Notes: a model not told the origin generated them from the sequence alone. DNA of 64,000 nucleotides from Gammaproteobacteria bacterium (GCA_965277405.1 OZ255726.1:1728001-1792000), one strand, 5' to 3'; counted from the stretch's first letter, positions 33,687-44,576 are shown. Translations and numbers: made by a program.

Positions 33687-33790
33687 CTATGTTACCCTTG
33701 CAATACATTGGGACAGCCATCGAGTTATGAATGTTCAATAACCTGAACAGCAGGTTGTATAATAGTAAGTCGGGTTATTGTTGTGACCTG

Positions 33791-34477
33791 TTATTTTTGT
33801 AAGCTGTTATTTTTGTAAGCTGCTGTACTGTTTGGTCCGTATGATTTAAATTTTTCAACGACACGTACTATCTCGTCAGCGGATAATATCTGTGGTTCGC
33901 CCAATTGCATGGCTACGGCGTATTGGTGAGCGAGGGTTTCGATTTCGCACGCAAGCCAAAAAGCTTTCGCCAGAGAAGTGCCACAGGCAATCATACCATG
34001 ATTGCCTAACAGACACCCCATGCGATTTTTAAGCGCGGTGACGGCATTGGCCGAAAGTTCTTTGGTGCCGAAAGTAGCGTACGGGGCACAACGGATTGTC
34101 GGACCTCCGACTGCTGCAATCATGTAGTGGACGGCGGGAATATGCTGATTAACCATAGAAAATGCGGTGCAATAAATAGGATGGGCATGGATTACTGCGG
34201 TTATATCCGACCTGGATTTAAGGATATCGAGATGAAAACGCCATTCTGATGATGGGTTGTGTGGGCCTGTTGCACCGCCGTCCATATCCATGAAGATGAT
34301 GTCCTCTGGGAGCATTGTCTTGTATGGCAGCCCTGAAGGGGTGATGAGAAATCCATCTTCCCAGCGAGCAGAGATGTTTCCTGAAGTCCCTTGATTGATA
34401 TTTTCATTATCCATAGAGATGCACGTTACAATAATTTCTTTGCGCAAAGCGTGTTGGGCATCGATCATAGCGGTCAA
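33791..34477 (-). CDS. Class II aldolase, L-fuculose-1-phosphate aldolase-like
   Basis: NQGTSGNIS.R, PSSEWRFH, HAHP, YATFGT.ELS, L.NHG. Confidence 0.88.
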   Translation of the reverse strand: MTAMIDAQHALRKEIIVTCISMDNENINQGTSGNISARWEDGFLITPSGLPYKTMLPEDIIFMDMDGGATGPHNPSSEWRFHLDILKSRSDITAVIHAHPIYCTAFSMVNQHIPAVHYMIAAVGGPTIRCAPYATFGTKELSANAVTALKNRMGCLLGNHGMIACGTSLAKAFWLACEIETLAHQYAVAMQLGEPQILSADEIVRVVEKFKSYGPNSTAAYKNNSLQK

Positions 34478-34713
34478 TCCGTTGGTGGTTTAAGTAGGGT
34501 GCGCGCAGTTAGCTGATCTGTTACCACAGCGGTAATAAGACCTTGTGCAAGCACTGCCCGCAGTGCACTAACGTTGTTTGGTCCCGCTGCAATCATGATC
34601 CGCTTTTTTAGTTGGACAAATTCTTCTAGGCGTAAACCAATTACCCGTCGATTGACTGGATGATCGATCACTGTTGCATTCTTATTGATATTGTATCCGA
34701 GAAAGTTACCTAT
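34474..34713 (-). pseudogene. C-terminal remnant of a SorC/DeoR-type sugar-binding regulator
   Basis: GNFLGY.IN....IDHPVNRRVIGL.L...IAAG....ALRAVL....ITAVVTD..TA..LL; cut exactly at the MITE end. Confidence 0.8.
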
Positions 34714-35006
34714 GGAAGCTCTGATTAACTCGCTCTATCAGCGAGTTTGCTGGCAATTGCTGATGATTGCAAGGCGCAAACCGCACGCAAACCGCATGCC
34801 GTAGCATATACGCCAGGGGATGCAACACAGCAAGCGTAAGCAATTGCCGCAAACCCAAAGTATATGCAACAGCAGGACGGGAAAAAACGCTGCGCTAACG
34901 TCGTTGCAACACCCACAAGACCACCAGTTTTATCAAGTGCTGCGTCTATAGTTATCATCAGCGTTTTTGCTCCGTCTCGCCCATCATGGACTTAATCAGA
35001 GCTTCC
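34714..35006 (+). mobile_element. IS5-related MITE, full copy (293 bp)
   Basis: Perfect 15-bp IRs GGAAGCTCTGATTAA / TTAATCAGAGCTTCC; non-matching flanks CTAT/ATAA. Confidence 0.95.
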
Positions 35007-35255
35007 ATAAGGACCAACGAGGCGTTTCATCAAACAATATATCGCAGAGATGCCTGTGAGTTTCACCAGCGTACTGGTCCATTCAGTTCGAAGCGCTTTA
35101 CCGCCAGTGAGGACCTGTTCGCATCTGCAACAAGCCATGCAGGTTTGATCGCTGCTATCTTTGCCGAGAACTCTGCCACAGCGACAAACGGTATGCGCGA
35201 CCATATGACCGCGAGCTTCTTGCAAGTATTGTCAAGCTCAGCTGGACTGGAGTGA
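35007..35255 (+). pseudogene. C-terminal FCD remnant of a GntR-family regulator
   Basis: NEAFHQTIY ... H..LI.AI.......A...MRDHM; no wHTH; begins at the MITE end. Confidence 0.78.
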
Positions 35256-35329
35256 ACGAGTTTTTGCCTTGATTCCATCTCAAAATTAGCTATTGTTTCA
35301 CGCCACAGCAATTGAGTATGGAGAGCGTC

Positions 35330-36262
35330 ATGGGCGTAAATAAAACTAGAATATACCCGATTAACACCGGGTGGCTTCACGGCGATCTGGGTACCTACAT
35401 TTTTTGGAAGGGTCCTGCTGGAAAAAAGAAATGGCAGCCTGTTTTCTGCCATTACGTCGATACAGGTGAGCACAAGATTTTGATTGATACTGGGTTGTGT
35501 GATGCTGAGAGGGCCTCCAAGTATCACCACAACTGCGACAAGCGCGGCTGCCTAGAAGTGCATGTGCATTTGCAGGAGGTTCTCGGAGTTGATCCCACTG
35601 AGATCGACGCGATTGTGTTTACGCACTTGCACTGGGACCATGTGCAGAACATGAAAGAGTTTCCCAACGCGCGCTACATCGCACCCAAAGCGGAAATTGA
35701 AATGGCCAACAATCCGCTGCCTCTGTATTACCGCACATATGAATGCGGTATTCTGGGGATCGAACCTGCCTATGCTGGTTGCGTGATCGAAGCCGTTGCA
35801 AATGAATGCGAAATTTTGCCGGGAGTTACCATGTTCCACACGCCTGGCCACTCTGTTGGGCATATGGCTGTGAGCGTTGAGACATCTGCCGGAGATATCG
35901 TGATCTGCGGGGATGCAATATTCGAAGAGCGCAATCTGCAGCCGAACCCTGCTGAAAAGTGGCGCTACTGGGTGCCCGCGCGGTTCGTGAATAGCTATGA
36001 AGGCTGGAAGTCGGTCGAGGAAATCGACAAGCGTGCCGACTACGTGCTGCCATGTCACGACTATGATGCGAACGCACGATCTGATGTGTTTCCCTATCAG
36101 GGTATGCCTATTCGCAAGCGGCGTCAGGTGATCCCCGGGTATCAATTCTATTTCGGTGATATGCCCGCTGGTACCGTTCGCAAGGCCGCGCCAGCGATGC
36201 AGCTGGACGAGGTTGCCGCATATATTGCCGGGCTCAAGCGACCTATGGATATGGAAGATTAA
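35330..36262 (+). CDS. Metallo-beta-lactamase-fold hydrolase, N-acyl homoserine lactonase family
   Basis: LIDTG, THLHWDH (HxHxDH), TPGHS.GH, GDA, PCHD; RBS GGAG. Confidence 0.88.
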   Translation: MGVNKTRIYPINTGWLHGDLGTYIFWKGPAGKKKWQPVFCHYVDTGEHKILIDTGLCDAERASKYHHNCDKRGCLEVHVHLQEVLGVDPTEIDAIVFTHLHWDHVQNMKEFPNARYIAPKAEIEMANNPLPLYYRTYECGILGIEPAYAGCVIEAVANECEILPGVTMFHTPGHSVGHMAVSVETSAGDIVICGDAIFEERNLQPNPAEKWRYWVPARFVNSYEGWKSVEEIDKRADYVLPCHDYDANARSDVFPYQGMPIRKRRQVIPGYQFYFGDMPAGTVRKAAPAMQLDEVAAYIAGLKRPMDMED

Positions 36263-36284
36263 ACTGTTATGTCCGTGGCGCTAA

Positions 36285-36582
36285 GGAACCTCTGCTTAAG
36301 TAGCTGATGGAGCGAGTTTGATGGTAATTGCTGATGCTTGCAAGGCGCAAACCGCTGAGCGTACGACCTAGCTATACGCCACGGGATGCAATACAGCCAG
36401 CGTCAGCAATTGCCGCAAACCCAAAGTATATGCAACAGCAGGACGGAGAAAAAATCGGTACTAACGTCGTTGCAGCACTTGGCAACACCCACAAGACTAC
36501 CAGTATTATCGGCGCACTGCGTCTGGTTATCATCGAGCGTTTTTTCTCCGTCTCGCCCGTCATGGAATTAATCAGAGTTTCC
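36285..36582 (+). mobile_element. IS5-related MITE, full copy (298 bp) with CTAA target duplication
   Basis: CTAA-GGAACCTCTGCTTAA ... TTAATCAGAGTTTCC-CTAA. Confidence 0.95.
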
Positions 36583-36615
36583 CTAAACAGCCTTGTTCAG
36601 CGCACGGCAGGCGGT

Positions 36616-37290
36616 TTAAGCGCCTAGCGCCGCTGCCTTTGATTGTTGCGGGGTTCCCAACTGCGGTCCGTCCGGCGGCGTCTTGCCGTGTGCTGCGCAA
36701 AGAGTATCGCGCACAAAGGCGATATGGGCGGTTTCTTCGATGATTTCGGCTAGGTATTGCGCTGCCATGAGTGTTGTGCCGACACCAACTGTGCCGTGAT
36801 TGGCAAGGACGGCGGCGCGGATATTTGGGTCGACGAATACTGGGCTGATTTCCTGCTCGGTTTGCGGTCCGCCAGCAGGTGACAGTGGAATAAGCGGCAT
36901 TCTTCCAATTTTTTCAATAGTTTGCACCGTCAAGCAAGGAATCTCCAACCCGGCGCTCGCGTAACCCGTCGCCCAAGGTGAATGGCAATGCACAATGGCG
37001 TTGATGTCTGCGCGAATGCGGTACAGGTCCAAGTGAAAATCCAGGTCCTTCGATGGCTTCAGGTCCAGTGCGGACGGCAAAATTGTGCCGTCGAGCATCA
37101 CAACCTGCAGGTTTTCTCGCGTACATTCGTTGTAACCAACGCCCGACGGCTTGATGACGATTGCGTCGCGGCTGTGCAGCCGGACCGAGAGATTTCCCCC
37201 GGCATTCGTTTGCAATTTGAGTCCAAAACAGCGTTGCGCAATTGCGATCAGCTGATCTTTGTGGGCGTTGATGTCGTCGATTTCTGGCAT
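36616..37290 (-). CDS. Class II aldolase/adducin family protein (AraD-like)
   Basis: GGNLSVR, IKPSG, PSKD..FH, HCHSP, LANHG. Confidence 0.88.
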   Translation of the reverse strand: MPEIDDINAHKDQLIAIAQRCFGLKLQTNAGGNLSVRLHSRDAIVIKPSGVGYNECTRENLQVVMLDGTILPSALDLKPSKDLDFHLDLYRIRADINAIVHCHSPWATGYASAGLEIPCLTVQTIEKIGRMPLIPLSPAGGPQTEQEISPVFVDPNIRAAVLANHGTVGVGTTLMAAQYLAEIIEETAHIAFVRDTLCAAHGKTPPDGPQLGTPQQSKAAALGA

Positions 37291-37301
37291 GGGTTCAATC
37301 T

Positions 37302-38429
37302 CTAGATATGGGGTCTGATAATCTCGATGACGCGAGTGGTCGTGGTAGCATCATTGATATGTCCGGGGAGCGCTTCGACCTTAAAAGTTTTGGCGCGTGC
37401 GGTTAGGGTGTCCAGGCAGATCTGACGCAATTGCGGGTCTTCGATCTCGCCACCTTGGCAGTCACGATGCGAAAAACCGCCCATGGGTACGACAACATGT
37501 GTAGGTGCAGTAGCCTTGTTCAGTTCACCTGCCAGCCAATTCGCAGTAGTAGTCATTTGCTCCGGGGTCAGTTTGACATGGGTAAAGAGCCCAGAGTGCT
37601 GAAAGTGAGGGCTGGCGCGTTGTACTGCGGTCAACGTATGTATTGGACCGAGACCGAGAAAGTTCAAACCGCCCGGTAGGACCACCCGTGGAATGTTCGC
37701 GGCGGCGGTGAAACGTGTTGGCATCGCAACATGATCCCCCTCGAAGAGAATTCGGGTGGCTTCATGGGTGGTCATATCGATGGCTGCGCTGAACGCACCT
37801 GCGGCTGTAAAACGTGCAAACGCCGCGCCGCCGAACCCATTGGCATGAAAGACCGTGGGTTCTTGCCCAAGCTTTCGCAGACCTGATACCAAACCATCAA
37901 GGGCACCGCCGGTCGCGCTCAAGGCGGTAATGCCAATCGTAGGTTCTGGCACAAAGCTAGCATTGTCGACAGAGCACAACCCCGCAACCAGCGCCGCCGT
38001 TTGCGACAGAACCTGGCGCAGAAACGGGTTCAGGCCAGCGATATCTGTGATTGAAGGGACGAGTATGATCGAGTTGTCAGCCACAGCGGGGCGGGGGTCG
38101 AACGGCATGGGTGTGACCAACACTTTAGGAAAGTGGTACGGCAATGCGCGCATGACACGCAATATTATGTCGCCACTCGTTCCACCGCCCAAGGCAACGA
38201 CGGCATGCATGCCCTCTTGGATACGTCGAGAAACTTCGGCACCTTTGTCGCCTGCGATTGCGGCGATCCGTGCCGATTTTTCAACGCCACCCCAGATAGC
38301 TCCATCTGAATCAAGCGAAACATCGATAATTTCTGTGTCTACACCATTTGCTGCGAGCGCATCTTTTAGGAACCCAGTTTCTTCTGCTTTGGTATCCATT
38401 GTTGCCAGCAGCAAACCCGAATTGACCAT
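37302..38429 (-). CDS. Tm-1-like ATP-binding domain protein (UPF0261)
   Basis: AT.DTKAEE..FL, GG..G, R.LP..FPKV, PS.TDIAGLN, VFHANG.GG, D.TTHE, P.GGFS..D..G. Confidence 0.88.
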   Translation of the reverse strand: MVNSGLLLATMDTKAEETGFLKDALAANGVDTEIIDVSLDSDGAIWGGVEKSARIAAIAGDKGAEVSRRIQEGMHAVVALGGGTSGDIILRVMRALPYHFPKVLVTPMPFDPRPAVADNSIILVPSITDIAGLNPFLRQVLSQTAALVAGLCSVDNASFVPEPTIGITALSATGGALDGLVSGLRKLGQEPTVFHANGFGGAAFARFTAAGAFSAAIDMTTHEATRILFEGDHVAMPTRFTAAANIPRVVLPGGLNFLGLGPIHTLTAVQRASPHFQHSGLFTHVKLTPEQMTTTANWLAGELNKATAPTHVVVPMGGFSHRDCQGGEIEDPQLRQICLDTLTARAKTFKVEALPGHINDATTTTRVIEIIRPHI

Positions 38430-38435
38430 CCGTGT

Positions 38436-39365
38436 CTACCCCTTAACCGCGCCAGCGGTCATGCCGCTGATGATTTGCCGAGACGCGAACAATGTGAATA
38501 TGATTGGCGGGATGGCGAGCAGCATGCCTGTGGCCATGATGACGCCCCATTCGATATTGAATTCGCTAACGTTGTTGACAATCAGAATAGGCACAGTTTT
38601 AGTGCTACGATCCGACAACACCGACGCCAGCAGATATTCGTTCCAGGCGATGCGAAAGGTAAAGATTGCCGCTGCGGCCAGTCCCGGTTTGATCAGTGGC
38701 AGCACAATTTGGAAGAAAACCTGAAACGGCCCCGCTCCGTCGACTCGCGCAGCCTCTTCTAGCGAACGCGGTACCTGCACGATGAAACTTTGTAAGATCC
38801 AGATCACAAATGGCAGGTTCATCGCCACGTAGATCAGAATGATCCCCGCATGGGTTCCGGCCAAACAAACATCGCCACGGCCACCGAATGCGTCACGGAT
38901 GATCTCGCCGACGAAGCTGCGTTTGTCGATGCAGAACTCGTTGTTCCACAACCCGAAAACTGGTACCATCAATACTGCGGGCGGCACCATGCGCACCAGC
39001 AATGTGGTTAGGGATGCGGTATCTCGTCCCATGAAGCGAAATCGTACCAGCGCATAGGCAGCCATGCAGCCGATAACCAACGTCAGCGCGGTTGAAATCA
39101 TGGCAATGATGATAGAATTGATAAAGGCGCCGCCGAATTTCAGTTGGCAGAAATCAAGATGCTCGGGTTCGTACCACAAAACATCACAGAGCGCGGTTTC
39201 GTAGTTTTGGATTGTCGGCAGGAAAAGTAGCCCGCTGGTGCCAGAAATAATATCGACGTCCAATTTGAAGGAATTCACCAACATCAGCACAATTGGTCCG
39301 ACCGCCATAAAAACCAGCGCGAGCAAAAGGGCATAAAAAGAGGGGTTGGGACGGGCGTCTTGCAT
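38436..39365 (-). CDS. Carbohydrate ABC transporter permease (MalG-like)
   Basis: EEAARVDGA EAA loop, WNEY, GMTAGAVKG. Confidence 0.93.
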   Translation of the reverse strand: MQDARPNPSFYALLLALVFMAVGPIVLMLVNSFKLDVDIISGTSGLLFLPTIQNYETALCDVLWYEPEHLDFCQLKFGGAFINSIIIAMISTALTLVIGCMAAYALVRFRFMGRDTASLTTLLVRMVPPAVLMVPVFGLWNNEFCIDKRSFVGEIIRDAFGGRGDVCLAGTHAGIILIYVAMNLPFVIWILQSFIVQVPRSLEEAARVDGAGPFQVFFQIVLPLIKPGLAAAAIFTFRIAWNEYLLASVLSDRSTKTVPILIVNNVSEFNIEWGVIMATGMLLAIPPIIFTLFASRQIISGMTAGAVKG

Positions 39366-39371
39366 GGACCC

Positions 39372-40328
39372 TCAAGCCTCTTCTTGTACGCGGCGCGCAG
39401 CGCGTTGTGTGCGCAATTCCTGAATACGTGTGCACCCAAACATCGCCAAAGTAAGCACAAACAGCAGGATCAGCAGATAGTTTGACATTGCCGCGGCAAC
39501 ACCGAGTTCGCGGAATTCGGTTGCTGTACGCGAGATTCGCAGTGCAACGATTTCGGTCGACAATCCCGGTCCGCCTTCGGTCATTACTAGGATAACTTCA
39601 AGGACTTTGAAAGCATCGATTAACCTGAGAAGCGCTGTGACGATTAGCACCGGCATCATCAGCGGGAGTTTGATGAACCAGATTTGTTGCCAGTCCGTGG
39701 CCCCATCAATCCGCGCGGCTTCAAGTGCAGAGCGGGGCAGGGATTGCAGCGCGGCAAGCGAAAGAATGAAGATAAAAGGTGTCCACTGCCAAATATCGGC
39801 GATGATGATACTGACCAACGGGTTGCGTCCGAGCCAGTCGATGCCATCAATCCCTATGGACTCAAGCCACCGGTTAAACGTCCCTATTGTCGGGTGATAC
39901 ATATAGCGCCACATCAAGCCAACGACCACCGGTGCAATCATCATTGGTAGAATGAACAGGGTGCGCAGGACAGACATCCCACGGATGTTACGATCGAGCA
40001 ACAGCGCGAGTCCGACGCCAAAAACCATTTCGATCGAGACCACAGCCGCTGCGAAACGCAACGTCACGCCGAGGCTTTCGCGGAACGCTTCGTCATTCCA
40101 CAAAAAAATGTAGTTCTTTAATCCAACAAACTCGGTTTCGCCAAGGGCCTGTGCTGGGTTCCACGCTCGAAAACTTCCGTAGGTCATGTATCCCAGTGGG
40201 TAAAGCAATGCGATAATCATGATGACCGCAGCTGGCGCCAAGAAAAGATAAGGGGTTAAACGGTTCGCGGATATAATAAGGTGAGCCGATTCGTTATTTT
40301 TTGGGTTATGTCGCCGCCTCCGAACCAA
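39372..40328 (-). CDS. Carbohydrate ABC transporter permease (MalF-like); 5' end possibly damaged
   Basis: FVGLKNY, DIWQWTPF, EAARIDGA; no good ATG start in frame. Confidence 0.88.
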   Translation of the reverse strand: MVRRRRHNPKNNESAHLIISANRLTPYLFLAPAAVIMIIALLYPLGYMTYGSFRAWNPAQALGETEFVGLKNYIFLWNDEAFRESLGVTLRFAAAVVSIEMVFGVGLALLLDRNIRGMSVLRTLFILPMMIAPVVVGLMWRYMYHPTIGTFNRWLESIGIDGIDWLGRNPLVSIIIADIWQWTPFIFILSLAALQSLPRSALEAARIDGATDWQQIWFIKLPLMMPVLIVTALLRLIDAFKVLEVILVMTEGGPGLSTEIVALRISRTATEFRELGVAAAMSNYLLILLFVLTLAMFGCTRIQELRTQRAARRVQEEA

Positions 40329-40358
40329 TCCGCAGGCGGCTGTTTTACAAAATGTCGA

Positions 40359-41684
40359 TCACTGCCAGGTGTAGTATCCGGCTTCGTCCATGATCGCCCT
40401 TGCCCGCTCGGCCACGCCATCCAGTGCTTCTTGCGGGTCAAGACCCTCGGTAAGCACTTTCGATATTGTGGTGCCGATATCAGCGTTGATCTTGCCCCAA
40501 ACTGGGATAATCGGACGCCAGTCAGGGTCGGCGTATTTCAAAGCTTCACCAAATGTCTCGGCAAAGGGGTATTTGGCTCGCACGTCTGGATCCGCATAGG
40601 TCGAGAACCGAGATGGGTTACCGCCAGCCATTGCAATCAGTTTGTCGCCTTTCTTCGAGGTCATCCACTGCATTAGCAGAAATGCTGCTTCTTTGTGCTC
40701 AGCATTTTTCGGTATGGCGATGCCAAATCCTCCTGTCTGGCTGGCACGGCGAACGCCCATAGGATGCAGCGCATACCCGACTTTGCCAACAACCTTGCTC
40801 TTATCGGGATTTTCGAACCCCGGGGCAAACGCGATGCTGTCCAAAAACATGGCCGACTGTCCAGACGCGAACGATGCAGCGGCTTCGGACGGACCAAAGG
40901 CCATTGCGCCTTCGGGTCCGCAATCAACGATCGTTTTAAGCGCGTTGGCGGCGGCGACACCTGCGGCACTGTTGATCACAGGGTTCCAGTTGTCGTCAAA
41001 AACCTTGCCGCCCAATGGTGCCAGGTGCAACAAGAATGCGTGGCTCGCTTGGTGGCCTGATGCCGCACGCGAAGCCATGCCGCCCATGCCAGGTTCGAGT
41101 TTCGGGATCTCGCAGGCAGCATCCAGCAATTCGTCATAGGTTTCAGGGACCTTGATTCCGTGCTTGGCAAAAATGTCTTTACGATACATCAGGACCGAAG
41201 TCTCGGAGCCAGAGGGCAGTCCAAACAGTGACCCGGTCGGACCAGGCAGATAGCCTTTGGCGCCGCCAGCGACGCCGATATTCTGCACGTAGCCGTCAAT
41301 CAGATCTGTGGCGTCATAGTTGGGGTCGGCCAACCTTGGATTCATGAAATAGCGCGCCAGGTTTTCAAGCTGATCGGCGTAGACATAATCCGCTTTGGAG
41401 AATACAACATATGCAATCAGATCATATTCGCCTTCATCCTGGGCAAGCTCCAGCGTTTGCCGCTCGCGCATTTTGAGGTAAGGTAGTTGGTCAACTTCGA
41501 CTTTAATACCCGTCTCCTTGGTGAATTCAGGCAACACCTTAACGACCGAGTTGTAGTGTGGGAATGCTGGAAAATTTACGACTAGCGTTGTACCTGCGTA
41601 GTCCTCATATGGATTGGCAAAGGCGGATGTTGCCATTGCCATGGCACAAATGGCTGCCAGTACCTGCGGTTTTAGTGAATGCAT
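40359..41684 (-). CDS. Carbohydrate ABC transporter substrate-binding protein
   Basis: Signal peptide AFA, FTKETGIKVE, YRKDIF.K.G..VPET..EL, GG.G.AI. Confidence 0.93.
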   Translation of the reverse strand: MHSLKPQVLAAICAMAMATSAFANPYEDYAGTTLVVNFPAFPHYNSVVKVLPEFTKETGIKVEVDQLPYLKMRERQTLELAQDEGEYDLIAYVVFSKADYVYADQLENLARYFMNPRLADPNYDATDLIDGYVQNIGVAGGAKGYLPGPTGSLFGLPSGSETSVLMYRKDIFAKHGIKVPETYDELLDAACEIPKLEPGMGGMASRAASGHQASHAFLLHLAPLGGKVFDDNWNPVINSAAGVAAANALKTIVDCGPEGAMAFGPSEAAASFASGQSAMFLDSIAFAPGFENPDKSKVVGKVGYALHPMGVRRASQTGGFGIAIPKNAEHKEAAFLLMQWMTSKKGDKLIAMAGGNPSRFSTYADPDVRAKYPFAETFGEALKYADPDWRPIIPVWGKINADIGTTISKVLTEGLDPQEALDGVAERARAIMDEAGYYTWQ

Positions 41685-41685
41685 A

Positions 41686-42798
<1,113 letters not shown>

Positions 42799-42893
42799 TT
42801 TCCCCCTTTTTTTCCTGTACCTTCAAAAATCTCTTACAAATGCTACAAGAAAAGAAATATATTGCAAGAAGGAAGTTGCTGATGTCGTTTTAA

Positions 42894-42908
42894 GGAAGCT
42901 ATGATTAA
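42894..42908. mobile_element. Solo IS5/MITE-family terminal repeat
   Basis: TTAA-GGAAGCTATGATTAA, one mismatch to the IS5 IR. Confidence 0.75.
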
Positions 42909-42919
42909 GCCTCTCGTAT

Positions 42920-42969
42920 TGTTAATCTGCGTTTGAAATGTACGGAATATTTGCGTTTGAAATGTCACT
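42920..42969. mobile_element. Orphan IS end with repeated transposase-binding-like sites (IS21/IS1202-type)
   Basis: Begins TGT; TGCGTTTGAAATGT at 42928 and 42952 (24-bp period); no cognate transposase seen. Confidence 0.45.
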
Positions 42970-43242
42970 TATTTTTTCGATATGTGATTCATTGATTTAT
43001 CAATAGTTTTTTGTTGTTTTGGAGTGAAATTGGAGCTAAAAACAGACCAAGGAGATGACCAAGGACATGTATTTATCTTGATAAATTGATAAGTTACATA
43101 TCATCGTGGCATACAAGTAGCAGCCTAAGGAAGCTCTGATTAAGACGCTCATATACTCCAATAACTCGCATATACTCCAAAAAAATAATAGCAATAATTT
43201 TCAATGGTCAATATTTGATCATTTCGCTGATCTTCGTGTTGC

Positions 43243-43306
43243 TGTTTTACTGTTTTTTACTGTTTTTTACTGTTTTTTACTGTTTTTATTGTTTTTTACT
43301 GTTTTT
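43243..43306. repeat. 10-bp microsatellite TGTTTTTTAC, about 6 units, inside the IS5
   Basis: Direct reading. Confidence 0.9.
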
Positions 43307-43324
43307 CTTGAATTTTGGGCGGTT

Positions 43325-44283
43325 CTATCCTGTTAGTCGTCCGCGCAGCATGTATAAGTTCGTCAATGCAAGCAAAGAAAATACTTGTACTCGGTTCTTT
43401 TCTAGTCCTTTGTAGCGAGCTTTCTTATAACCAAACTGACATTTGATTACCCGAAAACAGTGCTCAATCCGGGCGCGCACCTTAGAGTTCTGTCTATTGC
43501 GTTTGCGCTGCGAGCCGCTCATTTGCTGCTTTGGTTTACGTTTATCATTCACGCGCCAATCTATCCCAAGGTGACGCGAGCCGCGTTTATAACTGTCGCT
43601 CGTATATCCTGCATCGGCAAAGATAACCTTATCTGTTTCACGCAGCAATTTGGGGAGTTCATTGATGTCAGCTTCATTCGCGGCTGTGGTGGTAGGCATT
43701 GCCGCGCTATGAATCATATTGCTATTAGCGTCAGTTCCTATATGAATCTTCATGCCAAAATACCACTGCTTGCCTTTCCTTGTTTGATGCATTTCAGGAT
43801 CACGGGCTTTCTCTTTATTCTTCGTAGATGATGGTGCATGGATGATCGTGGCATCAACCATCGACCCTTGTGAGATTGTTATATTATTTTCCATACAATA
43901 CTCATTCACCACAGCAAGTATCTTGACGCTGAGTTGATGCTTTTCTATGATCCTGCGGGCAAGTTCAAGATGGTAGTTTCATCAGGGATGGCATCGTCTA
44001 TCAGCTCTATATGGGCAAAACGCCGCATGCTTTCCATGTCATATAGTGCTTCTTCTACCCCTGGGTCTGATAAGTTGTACCATTGCTGTAAACAATAAAC
44101 GCGTAACATGGTCTGCATATTAATTGGTGGGCGGCCATTCCCTTTCTTGGGATAATGCGGTTCTATTAACGCTAACAACCGTTGCCATGGAGCTAATTTG
44201 TCCATCGACTGCAAGAATTTCTCACGTTTTGTTGTTACTTTCTTGTGGTCGTATGCAGCACTGGCAAAAGTTGTTTGTTTCAT
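43325..44283 (-). pseudogene. IS5 transposase, frameshifted near 43955-43962
   Basis: ORF 43945-44283 (KREKFL, GRPP, QQWYNLSD, IPDETTILN) and ORF 43325-43912 (VDATII, WYFGMK.H, ADAGY, RARIEH.F) are in different frames. Confidence 0.92.
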
Positions 44284-44576
44284 AAGATTATCCGCTTATT
44301 CAAATATTCAAATAGATTCACCATTGTATATCTTTCTAGCTGATATTGCTGTTGTTTGGGACTTAATCAGAGGTTCCCTAAAGGACATATTAAAGACATT
44401 TCAGAGTTTTTTTGAGTGGATTGCAAAATTAAGTTTGCAAGGACAACTTGGCAAATTAAACGGCTATTAAACGAATTAAACGGCTAATGGTTGGCGCACG
44501 CTAACCTGAGGAGGTGATTGCCTTGCAAGTATTACACAATACTGCGTATTGCTTGGTTGGCTGATGTTCTGTGTTG

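Larger units (their letters stand above)
43129..44377 (-). mobile_element. IS5-family insertion sequence (1249 bp), CTAA target duplication
   Basis: CTAA-GGAAGCTCTGATTAAG ... CTTAATCAGAGGTTCC-CTAA enclosing an IS5 transposase. Confidence 0.96.

Noticed and set aside
33687-34713. Aldolase segment as a MITE-composite transposon with CTAT duplication
   Set aside because: The CTAT copies are inside the ends rather than outside, and are expected by chance from the target preference
42832-42869. GntR-type operator (TCTTACAAATGCTACAAGA, TGCAAGA) upstream of the ABC operon
   Set aside because: Plausible, but the symmetry is too weak to support without comparative data
44382-44560. Mu-type left end (TTAAACG repeats, TTGCAAA..TTTGCAA palindrome)
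   Set aside because: No clear TG terminus or regularly spaced transposase sites could be assigned
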